Positions 8,476-18,543 are shown, counted from the stretch's first letter. The stretch is DNA of 64,000 bases from Bacteroidales bacterium (GCA_045631805.1 JAZQVL010000051.1:4515-68514); one strand, 5' to 3'. The notes: generated from the letters alone by a model not told the origin. Numbers and translations: made by a program.

Positions 8476-9303
8476 ATGAAAAAATTAATTGCTTTACTCA
8501 CAATTGCTGGTTTTTTGACATTTGGAATCAGCAATTCAGTTCTTGCACAGCAAGATGAAAACGTTCCACAAACAGAGCAAGTAGCTACAGAAGAAGTTGC
8601 TGCAGAAGAAGCTCCAGTAGAAGAAGTTGTAACAACAACAATGACAGAAACAGAAGAAGCACCAACATTCCACGAAGTTCTTAAGAAACAATACATCGAC
8701 GGTGGTTGGGGATTTATGACACTCGTTCTCGTCTGTTTAGTACTCGGTTTAGCTCTTTCAATCGAAAGAATTATTTACTTAACATTAAGCACATCAAACA
8801 CTAAGAAATTAGTTGCTGAATTAGAAGTTGCTTTGAACCAAGGCGGCATCGAAAAAGCTAAGGAACTCTGCCGTAACACACGCGGTCCAGTTGCAAGCAT
8901 TTTCTACCAAGGTTTAATGCGTTTCAACGATGGTCTTGATGAAGTAGAAAAATCAATGATTTCATACGGTTCAGTTATGAACGGTAACCTTTCAAGCGGC
9001 ACAAGCTGGATTACATTATGTATCGCTTTAGGTCCTAACTTAGGTTTCTTCGGTACAGTTATCGGTATGGTTCAAGCTTTCGACGCTATCGCAGCAGCTG
9101 GTGACATCAGCCCAACAATCGTTGCTTCAGGTATGAAAGTTGCTTTGTTGACAACAGTTTTCGGTTTGATCACAGCTATGGTTCTCCAAGTTGCTTATAA
9201 CTTCATCCTCAACAAGATCGAAAGCATCTTGAACGATATGGAAGAAAGCACAATCAGCTTCATGGACATCTTGAATGACTATTCAAACAAAATCAACAAG
9301 TAA
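8476..9303 (+). CDS. exbB: MotA/TolQ/ExbB proton-channel protein with acidic N-terminal extension
   Basis: Signal peptide, a Glu/Thr-rich segment, then an ExbB core (..GFFGTVIGMVQAF..). Confidence 0.88.
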   Translation: MKKLIALLTIAGFLTFGISNSVLAQQDENVPQTEQVATEEVAAEEAPVEEVVTTTMTETEEAPTFHEVLKKQYIDGGWGFMTLVLVCLVLGLALSIERIIYLTLSTSNTKKLVAELEVALNQGGIEKAKELCRNTRGPVASIFYQGLMRFNDGLDEVEKSMISYGSVMNGNLSSGTSWITLCIALGPNLGFFGTVIGMVQAFDAIAAAGDISPTIVASGMKVALLTTVFGLITAMVLQVAYNFILNKIESILNDMEESTISFMDILNDYSNKINK

Positions 9304-9330
9304 TTTAGTAACACTAAAAACCCATTAACA

Positions 9331-9753
9331 ATGGAAGATAAATTATTCAAAATAAGTAGGTACATTTTATGGGGACTTGTTGGCATTAGCGTGATAATCC
9401 TCGCAATCTGTGCATTCCAAGGCGAATCAAGCGCAGATTTACAGATGTACTTAACATACGCACTCGTAGGATTACTGGTTGTTGCTATACTTTTCGTTCC
9501 TATCTATGGAGTAATCGTTGACCCAACTAGTATCAAGAAAATAGGCATTGCTTTAGGCGCATTCGCATTAGTAGCTTTAGTTGCCTATTTAATATCTCCA
9601 GGTGCAACATTAAGCCAAGAATATTTAGATTCAATGAACGTCACAGCAAGTAACGAAGCTGTATGTGACTTCTTGATGATGTTCGTTTACATAATGCTCG
9701 GAGGCACAATATTAGCAGTACTCGGCTCAGCAGTGGCAAAACTCTTTAACTAA
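9331..9753 (+). CDS. Hypothetical 4-TM membrane protein inserted between exbB and exbD
   Basis: Four hydrophobic helices are visible in the translation. I recognise no motif. Confidence 0.6.
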   Translation: MEDKLFKISRYILWGLVGISVIILAICAFQGESSADLQMYLTYALVGLLVVAILFVPIYGVIVDPTSIKKIGIALGAFALVALVAYLISPGATLSQEYLDSMNVTASNEAVCDFLMMFVYIMLGGTILAVLGSAVAKLFN

Positions 9754-9769
9754 TTAAGAAAAAATCAAT

Positions 9770-10345
9770 ATGGCAAGACAAAAAAAGAAAGTACCGGATC
9801 TCAATGCAGGTTCAATGGCCGATATCTCTTTTTTGCTATTGGTATTCTTTCTAGTTACAACAACTATGGACGTTGACAGCGGTATCACACGTCGTCTTCC
9901 TCCTCCAGTTGAAAATCCGGAAATGGACGTCAAAGTTAAAGAAAGAAACATTATGAACGTTATGATTAACAAGTATGATAAATTGTTGGTCAACGGTAAA
10001 CCTGGTGATGTTACAACTTTGAAAGACATGACAAGAGAATTCATCACTCCAAATCCTAATGATGAAAAAGCTCCAGAAGTTGAAGTAAAAGATATTGAAC
10101 TTCTCGGTAATGTCATGTTGAACAAAGGCGTCGTATCACTCAAAAATGACCGCGGTACTTCATACGCTATGTACATCAGCGTTCAAAATGAATTGGCTAG
10201 AGCTTTCAATGAAATGAGAGATGAAATGTCTCTTAAATACTTTAAACAACATTACGCAGACTTGACAGATAAAGACAAAATCGACGCTATCAACAAAGCT
10301 GTCCCTGTCCGTATCTCAGAGGCTGAACCAGAAGAAATCAAATAA
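9770..10345 (+). CDS. exbD: ExbD/TolR-family biopolymer transport protein
   Basis: N-terminal SMADISFLLLVFFLVTT anchor typical of ExbD. Confidence 0.85.
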   Translation: MARQKKKVPDLNAGSMADISFLLLVFFLVTTTMDVDSGITRRLPPPVENPEMDVKVKERNIMNVMINKYDKLLVNGKPGDVTTLKDMTREFITPNPNDEKAPEVEVKDIELLGNVMLNKGVVSLKNDRGTSYAMYISVQNELARAFNEMRDEMSLKYFKQHYADLTDKDKIDAINKAVPVRISEAEPEEIK

Positions 10346-10362
10346 CATAGGAGATTATTATT

Positions 10363-10827
10363 ATGGCATCAAAATATAGATCAGACGAACCAAAAGAAGT
10401 TCCGGCAATGAGTACCGGTTCAATGCCTGACATTATCTTCATGTTAATATTCTTCTTCATGGTTACAACTTCCATGCGTGAAGTATCATTGAAGGTAAAA
10501 ATGAAATTACCAGAAGCAACCGAAGTTCAAAAATTAGAAAAGAAATCTTTGGTAAGCTATATCTACATCGGACCTCCTACCAACGCTAAAATTTATGGTA
10601 CAGAGTCTCGTATCCAGCTCAACGATCAATATTCAAGAGTAAACGATATTATCCCATTCGTTGAAAGTGAACGTTTAGCTCGTAATGAAGCTGACCGCCC
10701 TCTCCTCACAACTTCATTGAAAATTCATGAAGAAGTAAGAATGGGTCTCGTCACCGATGTTAAACAAGAACTCCGTAAATGCGGTGCATTCCGTATCAAC
10801 TATTCAGCACGTAAAGCTGAAAAATAA
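10363..10827 (+). CDS. exbD: ExbD/TolR-family biopolymer transport protein (second copy)
   Basis: N-terminal SMPDIIFMLIFFFMVTT anchor. Confidence 0.85.
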   Translation: MASKYRSDEPKEVPAMSTGSMPDIIFMLIFFFMVTTSMREVSLKVKMKLPEATEVQKLEKKSLVSYIYIGPPTNAKIYGTESRIQLNDQYSRVNDIIPFVESERLARNEADRPLLTTSLKIHEEVRMGLVTDVKQELRKCGAFRINYSARKAEK

Positions 10828-10849
10828 TAAGTTCTTAATACGATTAAAA

Positions 10850-10878
10850 AGACAGCTCAAAAGGCTGTCTTTTTTTTA
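10850..10878 (+). terminator. Intrinsic terminator of the exbBD operon
   Basis: Stem AGACAGC/GCTGTCT, 7-nt loop, and a T8 run. Confidence 0.8.
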
Positions 10879-10987
10879 TCGCTTAACTTTATAATTACTT
10901 CAGATTATATTTTGTCTGTTTTAACTTTATTATTCGAAGTCTCAGATAATAGGAATAAAATTGATTATATCATAGCGCTTTTTTTGT

Positions 10988-10995
10988 TATCTTTG
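10988..10995 (+). promoter_or_regulatory. -7 promoter box TATCTTTG for the 844-aa barrel gene
   Basis: TAnnTTTG match 44 nt upstream of ATG 11039. Confidence 0.5.
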
Positions 10996-11038
10996 TGCCT
11001 TTAAAATTGTAATTATAAACTGATTCCATAAATTAAAT

Positions 11039-13573
11039 ATGAGAAAAATAACAACATTATTCCTATTTGCTTTATCATTTATATTATCTGCTAATACCTA
11101 TGCTTCAGGTATCAATGTAACATCTCCATTAGATGCAGAAATCAAAGGTTTTGTCATTGACTCAGAGACAAATGAACCTCTTGAATATGCTACCGTAAGC
11201 CTTTTTAACTCTCAAGATTCTACACTTGTTACAGGCGTCATTACAGACATGCAAGGTGCTTTTTCTATTATGGCCAAACCAGGAAAATATTATATTTTAG
11301 TACAATTTATGGGCTACCAAACAAATACCATAAATATTAACATCAAAGAAATTCGAGAAATCGTTTCTCTTGGAAGGATAATTATGCATCCAGACTCAGC
11401 CTTGCTTGATGAAGTTGAAATTGTTGCTGAAAAAAGTACAATGACAATGACTCTTGACAAACGTGTCTTTAATGTCGGAAAAGACGTAAGCAGCACTGCA
11501 GGAAACGCCATCGAGGTCCTTGACAATATTCCTTCCATCAATGTTGATGTCGAAGGCAATGTCAGTTTGCGTGGTGACAGCGGCGTGCAAATTTTAGTCG
11601 ATGGAAAAGTATCAGGTCTTGCTGGCGTAAGTACTCAAGACGCTCTACGCAGCCTTCAAGCTGATATGATTGAAAGAATTGAAGTCGTGACAAACCCATC
11701 TGTACGTTACGACGCTGAAGGAACAGCAGGCATCATCAATATAGTTCTTAAAAAAGACAAACGTAAAGGCTTTAATGCGTCTGTCGATGTTAGAGGTGGA
11801 TTCCCTGTACAATGGGGCAAAAAATTCATCAAGGAAGACTTCCCATTCCAAAGCGGTATAGGCGCAAGCATCAACTACAGATTCAAGAAATTTAATGTGT
11901 TCGCAAATTATAACTATAATTACCGCGACGACATCAGCGACGGTTATACAAAAACTGAATATTTTGAAGGAATATATGGATACGACCCATTGCTCGGAAA
12001 TCATGACGAGGCAACTCAGATAACTGAGCAGTTCACATATCGTAACCGTAACAGAGAAGGTCATAACTTACGCGGAGGCTTCGACTATTATTTCACTGAC
12101 AACGACATTCTCACCTTCAGCGCAATGATGCGCCGTTCTGATGGCCATAACACTCCATCTGTAACTTATTTCGATAAGTTCCCATTCCAAGGCACTAATA
12201 TGTACTCAAAACGTACAGAGGACTGGTACAACAGCAGACCGATGAACGAGTTCACTCTTTCTTACGACAAATATTTCGGAACAAAAGACAACTCTCTTAA
12301 AGCATCTGTAAGATATTTCACTAATAAAGATACAGAATGGTCAGACATCATCGATGCTGAGTTCCTCACAGAAGACGATTTGAATGCTAATAATCCATCA
12401 TCATGGATAAATCAGACGACTTCCGCTGAAGAAAATCAACAAAACCTTCAAGCCACAGTAGATTTCGTTCATCATTACGGACTCTCAACAGTTGAACTCG
12501 GCGGTAAATATACAGGCAGATGGATAAATAATAATTTGATTGTCACTGAAAACGATTCTATTCTTCAAGATTATACTCACGACTTCGACTACAATCAACA
12601 AGTTGCAGCTATATACGGAAGCTACGGAAGAGAGTTCGGTCGTTTCTCTGGACAAGTAGGATTGCGTTCTGAATTCACACTCATCGACACTTATCTTAAA
12701 GGCACTAATGTAGGCAGCAATCAACAATACATTGACATATTTCCAACAGGACACCTTAATTATTCATTGACAGAAGTAGATCAGGTTCAGGCAAGTTATG
12801 CACGCCGCATACGCCGTCCGTGGTATGGTCAAATAGCTCCTTTCAGTTCATTCAACGACGACCGTAACATCAGAACTGGTAACCCTGACTTAAAACCAAT
12901 TTATACCGATAGTTATGAAATTTCTTACCTTCGTTTCTGGGATAGAGGCAACATCAACTTCACAACATATTATCGTCATAGCACTGATGTCATTCGTCAA
13001 TTCACAACTGTTGTTGGCGATGTCTCAGTAAGTCGTCCAGAAAACTTCGGTATCAGCGATGACTACGGTATCGAATTAGTTGGTTCCCTTGACGTTTTCA
13101 AATGGTGGAATGTCAACGGAAGCATCAACTTCTTCAAGTCTAACACTGTCGGCGACTGGAATGGAAGACATTATGTGACAGATTCATATAATACTTTTGC
13201 TCGTCTTGTTTGCAAATTCAGAGTCAAAAAAGTATGCGACTTCCAAATCACAGGAAGATATATGGGACCACGCGAAGAGCCACTCGGATATCGTGATGCC
13301 AACTATTGGTGTGACTTTGCAGCATCACGCGACGTATTTAACAAAAAAGGAACCATCTCTCTTAATATACGTGACGTTTTTGGCAGCAGACAACACGGCG
13401 GCGAGTCATGGGGCGATAATTTCTGGCAATATAGCGAAAGTTCATGGAGTACAACATCAGTGACGCTCAACTTCAACTACCGAATCAACCAACAAAACAA
13501 GAAGAGAATGCCATCAAACGGTGGCGGAGGCGAAAGTTTTGAAGGCGGTGACGGCGGAGAAATGGAATATTAA
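11039..13573 (+). CDS. Outer-membrane beta-barrel family protein (CarboxypepD_reg N-domain, TonB-dependent-receptor-like, OMP_b-brl_3 type)
   Basis: Signal peptide, a CarboxypepD_reg-like segment (IKGFVIDSETNEPLEYATVSL), plug-like IEVVTNPSVRYDAEG, and a Gly-rich acidic tail. Confidence 0.8.
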   Translation: MRKITTLFLFALSFILSANTYASGINVTSPLDAEIKGFVIDSETNEPLEYATVSLFNSQDSTLVTGVITDMQGAFSIMAKPGKYYILVQFMGYQTNTININIKEIREIVSLGRIIMHPDSALLDEVEIVAEKSTMTMTLDKRVFNVGKDVSSTAGNAIEVLDNIPSINVDVEGNVSLRGDSGVQILVDGKVSGLAGVSTQDALRSLQADMIERIEVVTNPSVRYDAEGTAGIINIVLKKDKRKGFNASVDVRGGFPVQWGKKFIKEDFPFQSGIGASINYRFKKFNVFANYNYNYRDDISDGYTKTEYFEGIYGYDPLLGNHDEATQITEQFTYRNRNREGHNLRGGFDYYFTDNDILTFSAMMRRSDGHNTPSVTYFDKFPFQGTNMYSKRTEDWYNSRPMNEFTLSYDKYFGTKDNSLKASVRYFTNKDTEWSDIIDAEFLTEDDLNANNPSSWINQTTSAEENQQNLQATVDFVHHYGLSTVELGGKYTGRWINNNLIVTENDSILQDYTHDFDYNQQVAAIYGSYGREFGRFSGQVGLRSEFTLIDTYLKGTNVGSNQQYIDIFPTGHLNYSLTEVDQVQASYARRIRRPWYGQIAPFSSFNDDRNIRTGNPDLKPIYTDSYEISYLRFWDRGNINFTTYYRHSTDVIRQFTTVVGDVSVSRPENFGISDDYGIELVGSLDVFKWWNVNGSINFFKSNTVGDWNGRHYVTDSYNTFARLVCKFRVKKVCDFQITGRYMGPREEPLGYRDANYWCDFAASRDVFNKKGTISLNIRDVFGSRQHGGESWGDNFWQYSESSWSTTSVTLNFNYRINQQNKKRMPSNGGGGESFEGGDGGEMEY

Positions 13574-13585
13574 AAAAATACACAA

Positions 13586-13614
13586 AGAGACGCATCAACA
13601 TGCGTCTCTTTTTA
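13586..13614 (+). terminator. Intrinsic terminator
   Basis: Perfect 10-bp stem AGAGACGCAT/ATGCGTCTCT, loop CAAC, then TTTTATT. Confidence 0.85.
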
Positions 13615-13615
13615 T

Positions 13616-13623
13616 TAACTTTG
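13616..13623 (+). promoter_or_regulatory. -7 promoter box TAACTTTG for the SulP gene
   Basis: TAnnTTTG match immediately after the preceding terminator, 71 nt upstream of ATG 13694. Confidence 0.5.
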
Positions 13624-13693
13624 CAGCCCGAAACGAGAAAGATATTTCTATAAAAAAAACATTATAAGTCATTATCATCCAAAGTTTTTAGTC

Positions 13694-15424
13694 ATGTCCG
13701 AAACAGGTACAGTTAACAACAAGGCTGGAAAAAGCCGCAAATTTTCTATTGATTTTAAGCCTCGCTTATTTTCAACATTAAAAAATTACAACAAAGAAAC
13801 ATTTTCCAAAGATGCTATGGCAGGCATCATCGTTGGTATCGTCGCTATTCCTTTGGCAATCGCTTTCGGTATAGCATCAGGCGTCGGTCCTACCGAAGGT
13901 CTCGTCACAGCTATCATGGCAGGTTTCATCATTTCTGCCTTAGGTGGTTCTAAAGTACAGATCGGCGGCCCAACAGGCGCTTTCATCGTTATCATTTATG
14001 GTATCATTCAGCAATTTGGTCTGACAGGATTAGCAATAGCAACAATCTTGGCAGGTATTATGCAGATACTCATGGGAGTGTTTAAATTGGGTAGCATCAT
14101 CAAATTTATGCCTTATCCTATTATCGTAGGTTTTACTGGCGGTATAGCAATCACCATTTTCTCAACACAGATGAACGACCTCTTCGGCATGGGAATAACA
14201 AATGTTCCAGCCAACTTCATCGACAAATGGATTTGCTATTTCCAAAACATCAACAACATCAATTGGTGGGCATTATTAATAGGTACTTTAAGCATTTTGA
14301 TTATCGTCTTCACTCCAAAAATATCCAAGAAAATCCCTGGTTCCTTGTTGGCAATCATCATTATGACAGCTTTGACATGGGTCTTGAAGAAATATGCAGG
14401 CATCGACTCTATCAAAACCATCGGCGATTTGTATGAACTGCCTTCTGGTCTTCCTTCATTCAGACTTCCTGCATTAAAAGAAGGCGAAACATTCTTCTCG
14501 ACAGCACAAGCTGTTCTTCCTTCAGCATTTACTATCGCCATGTTAGGAGCTATCGAGTCATTGCTTTCCGCTATGGTTGCAGATGGCGTCATCAGCGACA
14601 AACATAATTCAAACACAGAACTCATAGGCAACGGCATCGCTAATGTCGTCGTTCCTTTCTTTGGCGGAATTCCTGCAACAGGAGCTATCGCTCGTACAAT
14701 GGCTAACATCAACAATGGCGGCCGTACTCCTGTAGCCGGCATCGTCCATACTCTCGTATTATTATTAGTTCTGTTATTCTTAGGCGGTCTCGTAGGTCTT
14801 ATTCCTATGTCATGTCTTGCAGGTGTTCTTATCATCGTTTCATACAACATGAGCGGATGGAAAACCATCGTTTCAATGTGCCGTCAGTCAAGAAGCGACA
14901 TCGCTGTACTTTTCACAACATTATTGCTTACAGTCATATTCGACCTTACTATCGCTATTGAAATAGGTTTGGTTATCGCTATTATCATGTTCATCAAACG
15001 TGTTATGGAAAGCACTAATATATCTGTCATCCAAAACGAATTGGATGTCCATAACGACGGAGAACAAGATGAAAAACTTATGATACCTCCACATACTGAA
15101 GTATATGAAATTGAAGGTCCTTTCTTCTTCGGTATCGCAAATAAATTTGAAGAATTGTCGCATCGCCGTTCCAATAAAATGATACGAATCATCAGAATGC
15201 GTAAGGTTTCTTTCATAGATGCTACAGGTATCCATAACCTTGAACTTTTCATTAAGGCCGCTTTAGACGAAGGCAAAACCATCATTTTGTCAGGCGTTAA
15301 CGAAAACGTTCATGCAGCGATAAAACAAGCTGGAATCGTTGATATGGTTGGCGAAGAAAATGTCTTAGACCACATCCACAAGGCTCTCACTCGCGCTGAA
15401 CAAATATCAAAGACAATTGAATGA
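13694..15424 (+). CDS. SulP-family anion (sulfate/bicarbonate) permease with C-terminal STAS domain
   Basis: Multi-TM core with ..IGGPTGAF.. and a STAS-like tail (IIRMRKVSFIDATGIHNLE). Confidence 0.88.
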   Translation: MSETGTVNNKAGKSRKFSIDFKPRLFSTLKNYNKETFSKDAMAGIIVGIVAIPLAIAFGIASGVGPTEGLVTAIMAGFIISALGGSKVQIGGPTGAFIVIIYGIIQQFGLTGLAIATILAGIMQILMGVFKLGSIIKFMPYPIIVGFTGGIAITIFSTQMNDLFGMGITNVPANFIDKWICYFQNINNINWWALLIGTLSILIIVFTPKISKKIPGSLLAIIIMTALTWVLKKYAGIDSIKTIGDLYELPSGLPSFRLPALKEGETFFSTAQAVLPSAFTIAMLGAIESLLSAMVADGVISDKHNSNTELIGNGIANVVVPFFGGIPATGAIARTMANINNGGRTPVAGIVHTLVLLLVLLFLGGLVGLIPMSCLAGVLIIVSYNMSGWKTIVSMCRQSRSDIAVLFTTLLLTVIFDLTIAIEIGLVIAIIMFIKRVMESTNISVIQNELDVHNDGEQDEKLMIPPHTEVYEIEGPFFFGIANKFEELSHRRSNKMIRIIRMRKVSFIDATGIHNLELFIKAALDEGKTIILSGVNENVHAAIKQAGIVDMVGEENVLDHIHKALTRAEQISKTIE

Positions 15425-15433
15425 CAACAAAAA

Positions 15434-15458
15434 ACGAGGTTTAGATTCTAAGCCTCGT
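15434..15458. terminator. Bidirectional intrinsic terminator
   Basis: 11-bp stem ACGAGGTTTAG/CTAAGCCTCGT (one G-U pair), flanked by A5 and T8 runs. It lies between convergent genes ending at 15424 and 15473. Confidence 0.8.
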
Positions 15459-15472
15459 TTTTTTTATTCATT

Positions 15473-16393
15473 CTACATCCACCATTTCCTATGTTTGAAG
15501 AAATAAATCAATGCTACACTCACAACTAACATAACTCCGATTATAATCCAGAATGTGAGCTTTGTCGTTGCCATGAATGGGAACATCACATTCATTCCAA
15601 AAAGACCGGTTATAAAGGTAAGAGGAAGTATGATTGATGAGAGAAGAGTGAGCATCTTCATAATCTCGTTAGTTTTGTTGGTCTGCATCGAATCAAAAGT
15701 TTTCGAGAGACCTTCAATCAAATCCTCGTGATCTTCCGTCATATCCCATACCTTTTGATAGTAGTCGAGAATATTACCCCAGTAGTCTTCCATGAATTCA
15801 ACGTCACCGAAACCTCTGATTTGACCTGTTTCGAAACTATGGAACATTCTAAGCTGCGGTTTAAATATTGTATTGATTGTAATAATGTTCTTTCTGGTTA
15901 CTGATATTCTCTCAATGATTCGAACTTGCTTGTCACCGAAGAGTTCCTTATTGAGCATCTCTAATTCAAAACCAATTTTCTTCAAGAGATAAAGTGACTC
16001 TTTCATAAGTTTTTCAATGATACGATAAAGGAGAATATCTGATGTCACGAGTTCTTTAACCAACGATTCATCGTCACGTTCGCTGTATTCATTGAAAAGT
16101 TGGCTTACATGCCAGCGTTTTCTCTCAAGTGTGATGATATAATCCTGACCCCAGAAGAGCTTTACTTCTTTTGGAAAAATAAATTTATCCTGTCTGTCAA
16201 AATCTGGATATTGTAGGATGACGAAATAATAATCGTCATAGATGTCTATTTTAGGACGTTGGTTCACCGACCTACAGTCTTCAATATCGAGGGGGTGAAA
16301 ATGAAATTTCTCTCTCAATTCAACGAAATCTTCTTCCGTCGGGTCTGTAATATGATGCCATTTCAGTTTGCCTACTGTTAATGTTTCTATCAT
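15473..16393 (-). CDS. corA: CorA-family magnesium/cobalt transporter
   Basis: GMN signature (LFGMNVMFPF) ahead of the last TM helix. Confidence 0.9.
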   Translation of the reverse strand: MIETLTVGKLKWHHITDPTEEDFVELREKFHFHPLDIEDCRSVNQRPKIDIYDDYYFVILQYPDFDRQDKFIFPKEVKLFWGQDYIITLERKRWHVSQLFNEYSERDDESLVKELVTSDILLYRIIEKLMKESLYLLKKIGFELEMLNKELFGDKQVRIIERISVTRKNIITINTIFKPQLRMFHSFETGQIRGFGDVEFMEDYWGNILDYYQKVWDMTEDHEDLIEGLSKTFDSMQTNKTNEIMKMLTLLSSIILPLTFITGLFGMNVMFPFMATTKLTFWIIIGVMLVVSVALIYFFKHRKWWM

Positions 16394-16470
16394 GGTTCCC
16401 CCTTTCTTTGATGATAATGAATACTATATTTAAATAATCCTACATAAGATGTATTGGTAAAAAAATCGCA

Positions 16471-16478
16471 CAAAGATA
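16471..16478 (-). promoter_or_regulatory. -7 promoter box TATCTTTG for corA
   Basis: CAAAGATA on the plus strand. It is preceded on the coding strand by a T-run and the word cassette 16487-16519. Confidence 0.55.
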
Positions 16479-16486
16479 AAAAAAAA

Positions 16487-16519
16487 GTCAATAAGTCAAC
16501 AAGACTACATGACAACAAG
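16487..16519. repeat. Word cassette GTCAATAAGTCAACAAGACTACATGACAACAAG, near-identical to 18552-18576
   Basis: Direct comparison with the gldE upstream region. The two are identical except for one extra 8-nt word, TAAGTCAA. Confidence 0.9.
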
Positions 16520-16564
16520 TTTATTTTAAATACGAATAATTATACACCTATGCGACTTATGATT

Positions 16565-17158
16565 CTATTTCCACTCGAGACTTTCTATCAAATGTCTAAC
16601 ATCGTCGGTGATAAAATCGATAACTGGAGCTAATGAATCGTTGTTGGTTCTTACATTAAAATATAAAGAGCCTCTCATAAAATGGTTCACACTATCGGTA
16701 AGGTAAAACTGCAATGGTGATGCGACGCCCTCTCCTTCAAGGAAATAAACCAGTCCATAAACTTTTCTGTCGTGATTGATGACAACGCTATCGCGTATTC
16801 CCATAGCACGGGAAATATGTTTCGTCATCATCGAATACGAGTCTTCTAAATATTCGTTAAGATTGTCATTGACAGATTTGTAACTGATATGAATAGTTCC
16901 TTTATGAGAAGGATATTCGATATTAACCCAGTTTTTTTCTTGAGGAGAGAAATGATCAGGAGTTATTTTTGAATAAACAGAATATTCAAAGCTGTAAAAA
17001 TCCATGCTGTCGAGCTTGGCGTATTCTTTTTCAGGGAAGTCAATTCTAAAATATCCACGTGGCTTAGGCTGATATTGTTTGTTGTCGCATGCTGCGAATA
17101 TCATGAGCAAAGCCAAAAGGCTTAATATTATTGCATTTATTCTGAATGACTTATTCAT
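16565..17158 (-). CDS. gldD: Gliding-motility lipoprotein GldD
   Basis: Lipobox LMIFAAC, the motif KPRGYFRIDFPEKEY typical of GldD, and a position directly downstream of gldE as in Flavobacterium. Confidence 0.75.
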   Translation of the reverse strand: MNKSFRINAIILSLLALLMIFAACDNKQYQPKPRGYFRIDFPEKEYAKLDSMDFYSFEYSVYSKITPDHFSPQEKNWVNIEYPSHKGTIHISYKSVNDNLNEYLEDSYSMMTKHISRAMGIRDSVVINHDRKVYGLVYFLEGEGVASPLQFYLTDSVNHFMRGSLYFNVRTNNDSLAPVIDFITDDVRHLIESLEWK

Positions 17159-17161
17159 ATT

Positions 17162-18508
17162 TTAGTTATTAACTTTGTAAATAACTTTTATTTTTATAAT
17201 GTGTTTTTTATCAGCCTCAACTATTTCGAAAGAGAAGTCGTTGTAACTGCATTTGAAACCAGCTTCTGGAATACGGCCTTCTATCTCTAAAATCATTCCA
17301 GCGAGAGTATCCGATTCGCCTTCTATTTCTTCAAAATAATCGGCATCAATTCCAAAGACTTTGCAGAAATCCACGATGCTAATCTGAGCCTTAAATATAT
17401 ATGTTTCGTTATCAATCTTTTTATAATATTCATTTTCAGGTTCCTTATCGAACTCATCACTGATATCGCCAACTATTTCTTCAACAATATCTTCCAATGT
17501 CACAAGACCGGAAGTGCCTCCATATTCATCAACGACAATCGCGATATGGATTTTCTTTGTTCTAAAATCCTGAAACAAGTCATTGATTTTTTTGTTTTCA
17601 GGAACAAAGAAAACCGGACGGATAAGTTTTTGCCATGCGAAATTTCTTTCGTCTATATAAGGCAGAAGGTCCTTAACATATAACATACCTTTAACGTCAT
17701 CGAGGTCTTTGTCATAAACAGGTATTCTCGAGAATCCTTTATCAATTATTAGCGGCATCAGCTCTTCGAAAGTAGTTTCCATTGATACCGAAAACATATT
17801 GACACGAGCTCTCATAATGTCGCTCACTTCTTTCTCGCCAAAAGTCGCAATGCCTTTCAGCATATTTTTTTCTTCAATGGAAGCGCCGTCTTCTGTAGTA
17901 ATATCAACGGCCGTCGAAAGATCGCTAAGCGAAATAGTTCCAGTTTTTTTGACTATTTTTTTGTCAATAAAAGAAGTCGATGTTACAAAAATATTACTTA
18001 AAGGTCTGAAAATCACTATAAGAACTTTCAATATTGGAGCCATCATGATGGCTATTGATTTTGCTTTTTTTGACGCATATACTTTAGGTATCATCTCACC
18101 AAACAACAATATCAAAGAAGTTACGACAAGCACGTTAAGAACGAAAGCTGCTATTGGATTAACGGCGAGATTAAACATCATATTCATGATATATGTTGAG
18201 AATATTGTAATGGAAATATTAACTAAATTATTAGCTATCAATATTGTTACGAGAAGAGTTTTTGGTTTTTGGCGTATTTCTAACACTAATTGTTCATTAC
18301 GCTTTGAAGACAATTCAAGCTCATTAATGTCATTAGGTTGTAATGAAAAGAAAGCCGTTTCGCTTGAAGAAGCCATTGCGGAACACAAAAGCAGCCCACA
18401 CATTAATATTAAACAAAATACAACTTTTACCGAAATGCCAATGAAAAATGGCTCTGCCGTTATGGTTGTCAGCAGACATATAAGAGGGTCTATTGAAGAT
18501 ATTTCCAA
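17162..18508 (-). CDS. gldE: Gliding-motility protein GldE (DUF21-CBS pair-CorC_HlyC family)
   Basis: DUF21 TM region (..[10 protein letters not shown]..), tandem CBS domains and a CorC/HlyC C-domain. The start is a TTG at 18508, since no in-frame ATG lies upstream of the conserved N-terminus. Confidence 0.8.
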   Translation of the reverse strand: MEISSIDPLICLLTTITAEPFFIGISVKVVFCLILMCGLLLCSAMASSSETAFFSLQPNDINELELSSKRNEQLVLEIRQKPKTLLVTILIANNLVNISITIFSTYIMNMMFNLAVNPIAAFVLNVLVVTSLILLFGEMIPKVYASKKAKSIAIMMAPILKVLIVIFRPLSNIFVTSTSFIDKKIVKKTGTISLSDLSTAVDITTEDGASIEEKNMLKGIATFGEKEVSDIMRARVNMFSVSMETTFEELMPLIIDKGFSRIPVYDKDLDDVKGMLYVKDLLPYIDERNFAWQKLIRPVFFVPENKKINDLFQDFRTKKIHIAIVVDEYGGTSGLVTLEDIVEEIVGDISDEFDKEPENEYYKKIDNETYIFKAQISIVDFCKVFGIDADYFEEIEGESDTLAGMILEIEGRIPEAGFKCSYNDFSFEIVEADKKHIIKIKVIYKVNN

Positions 18509-18535
18509 AATAAATATAATTTACAATTTCGATTG

Positions 18536-18543
18536 CAAAGATA
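18536..18543 (-). promoter_or_regulatory. -7 promoter box TATCTTTG for gldE-gldD
   Basis: CAAAGATA on the plus strand, 28 nt upstream of start 18508. Confidence 0.55.
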
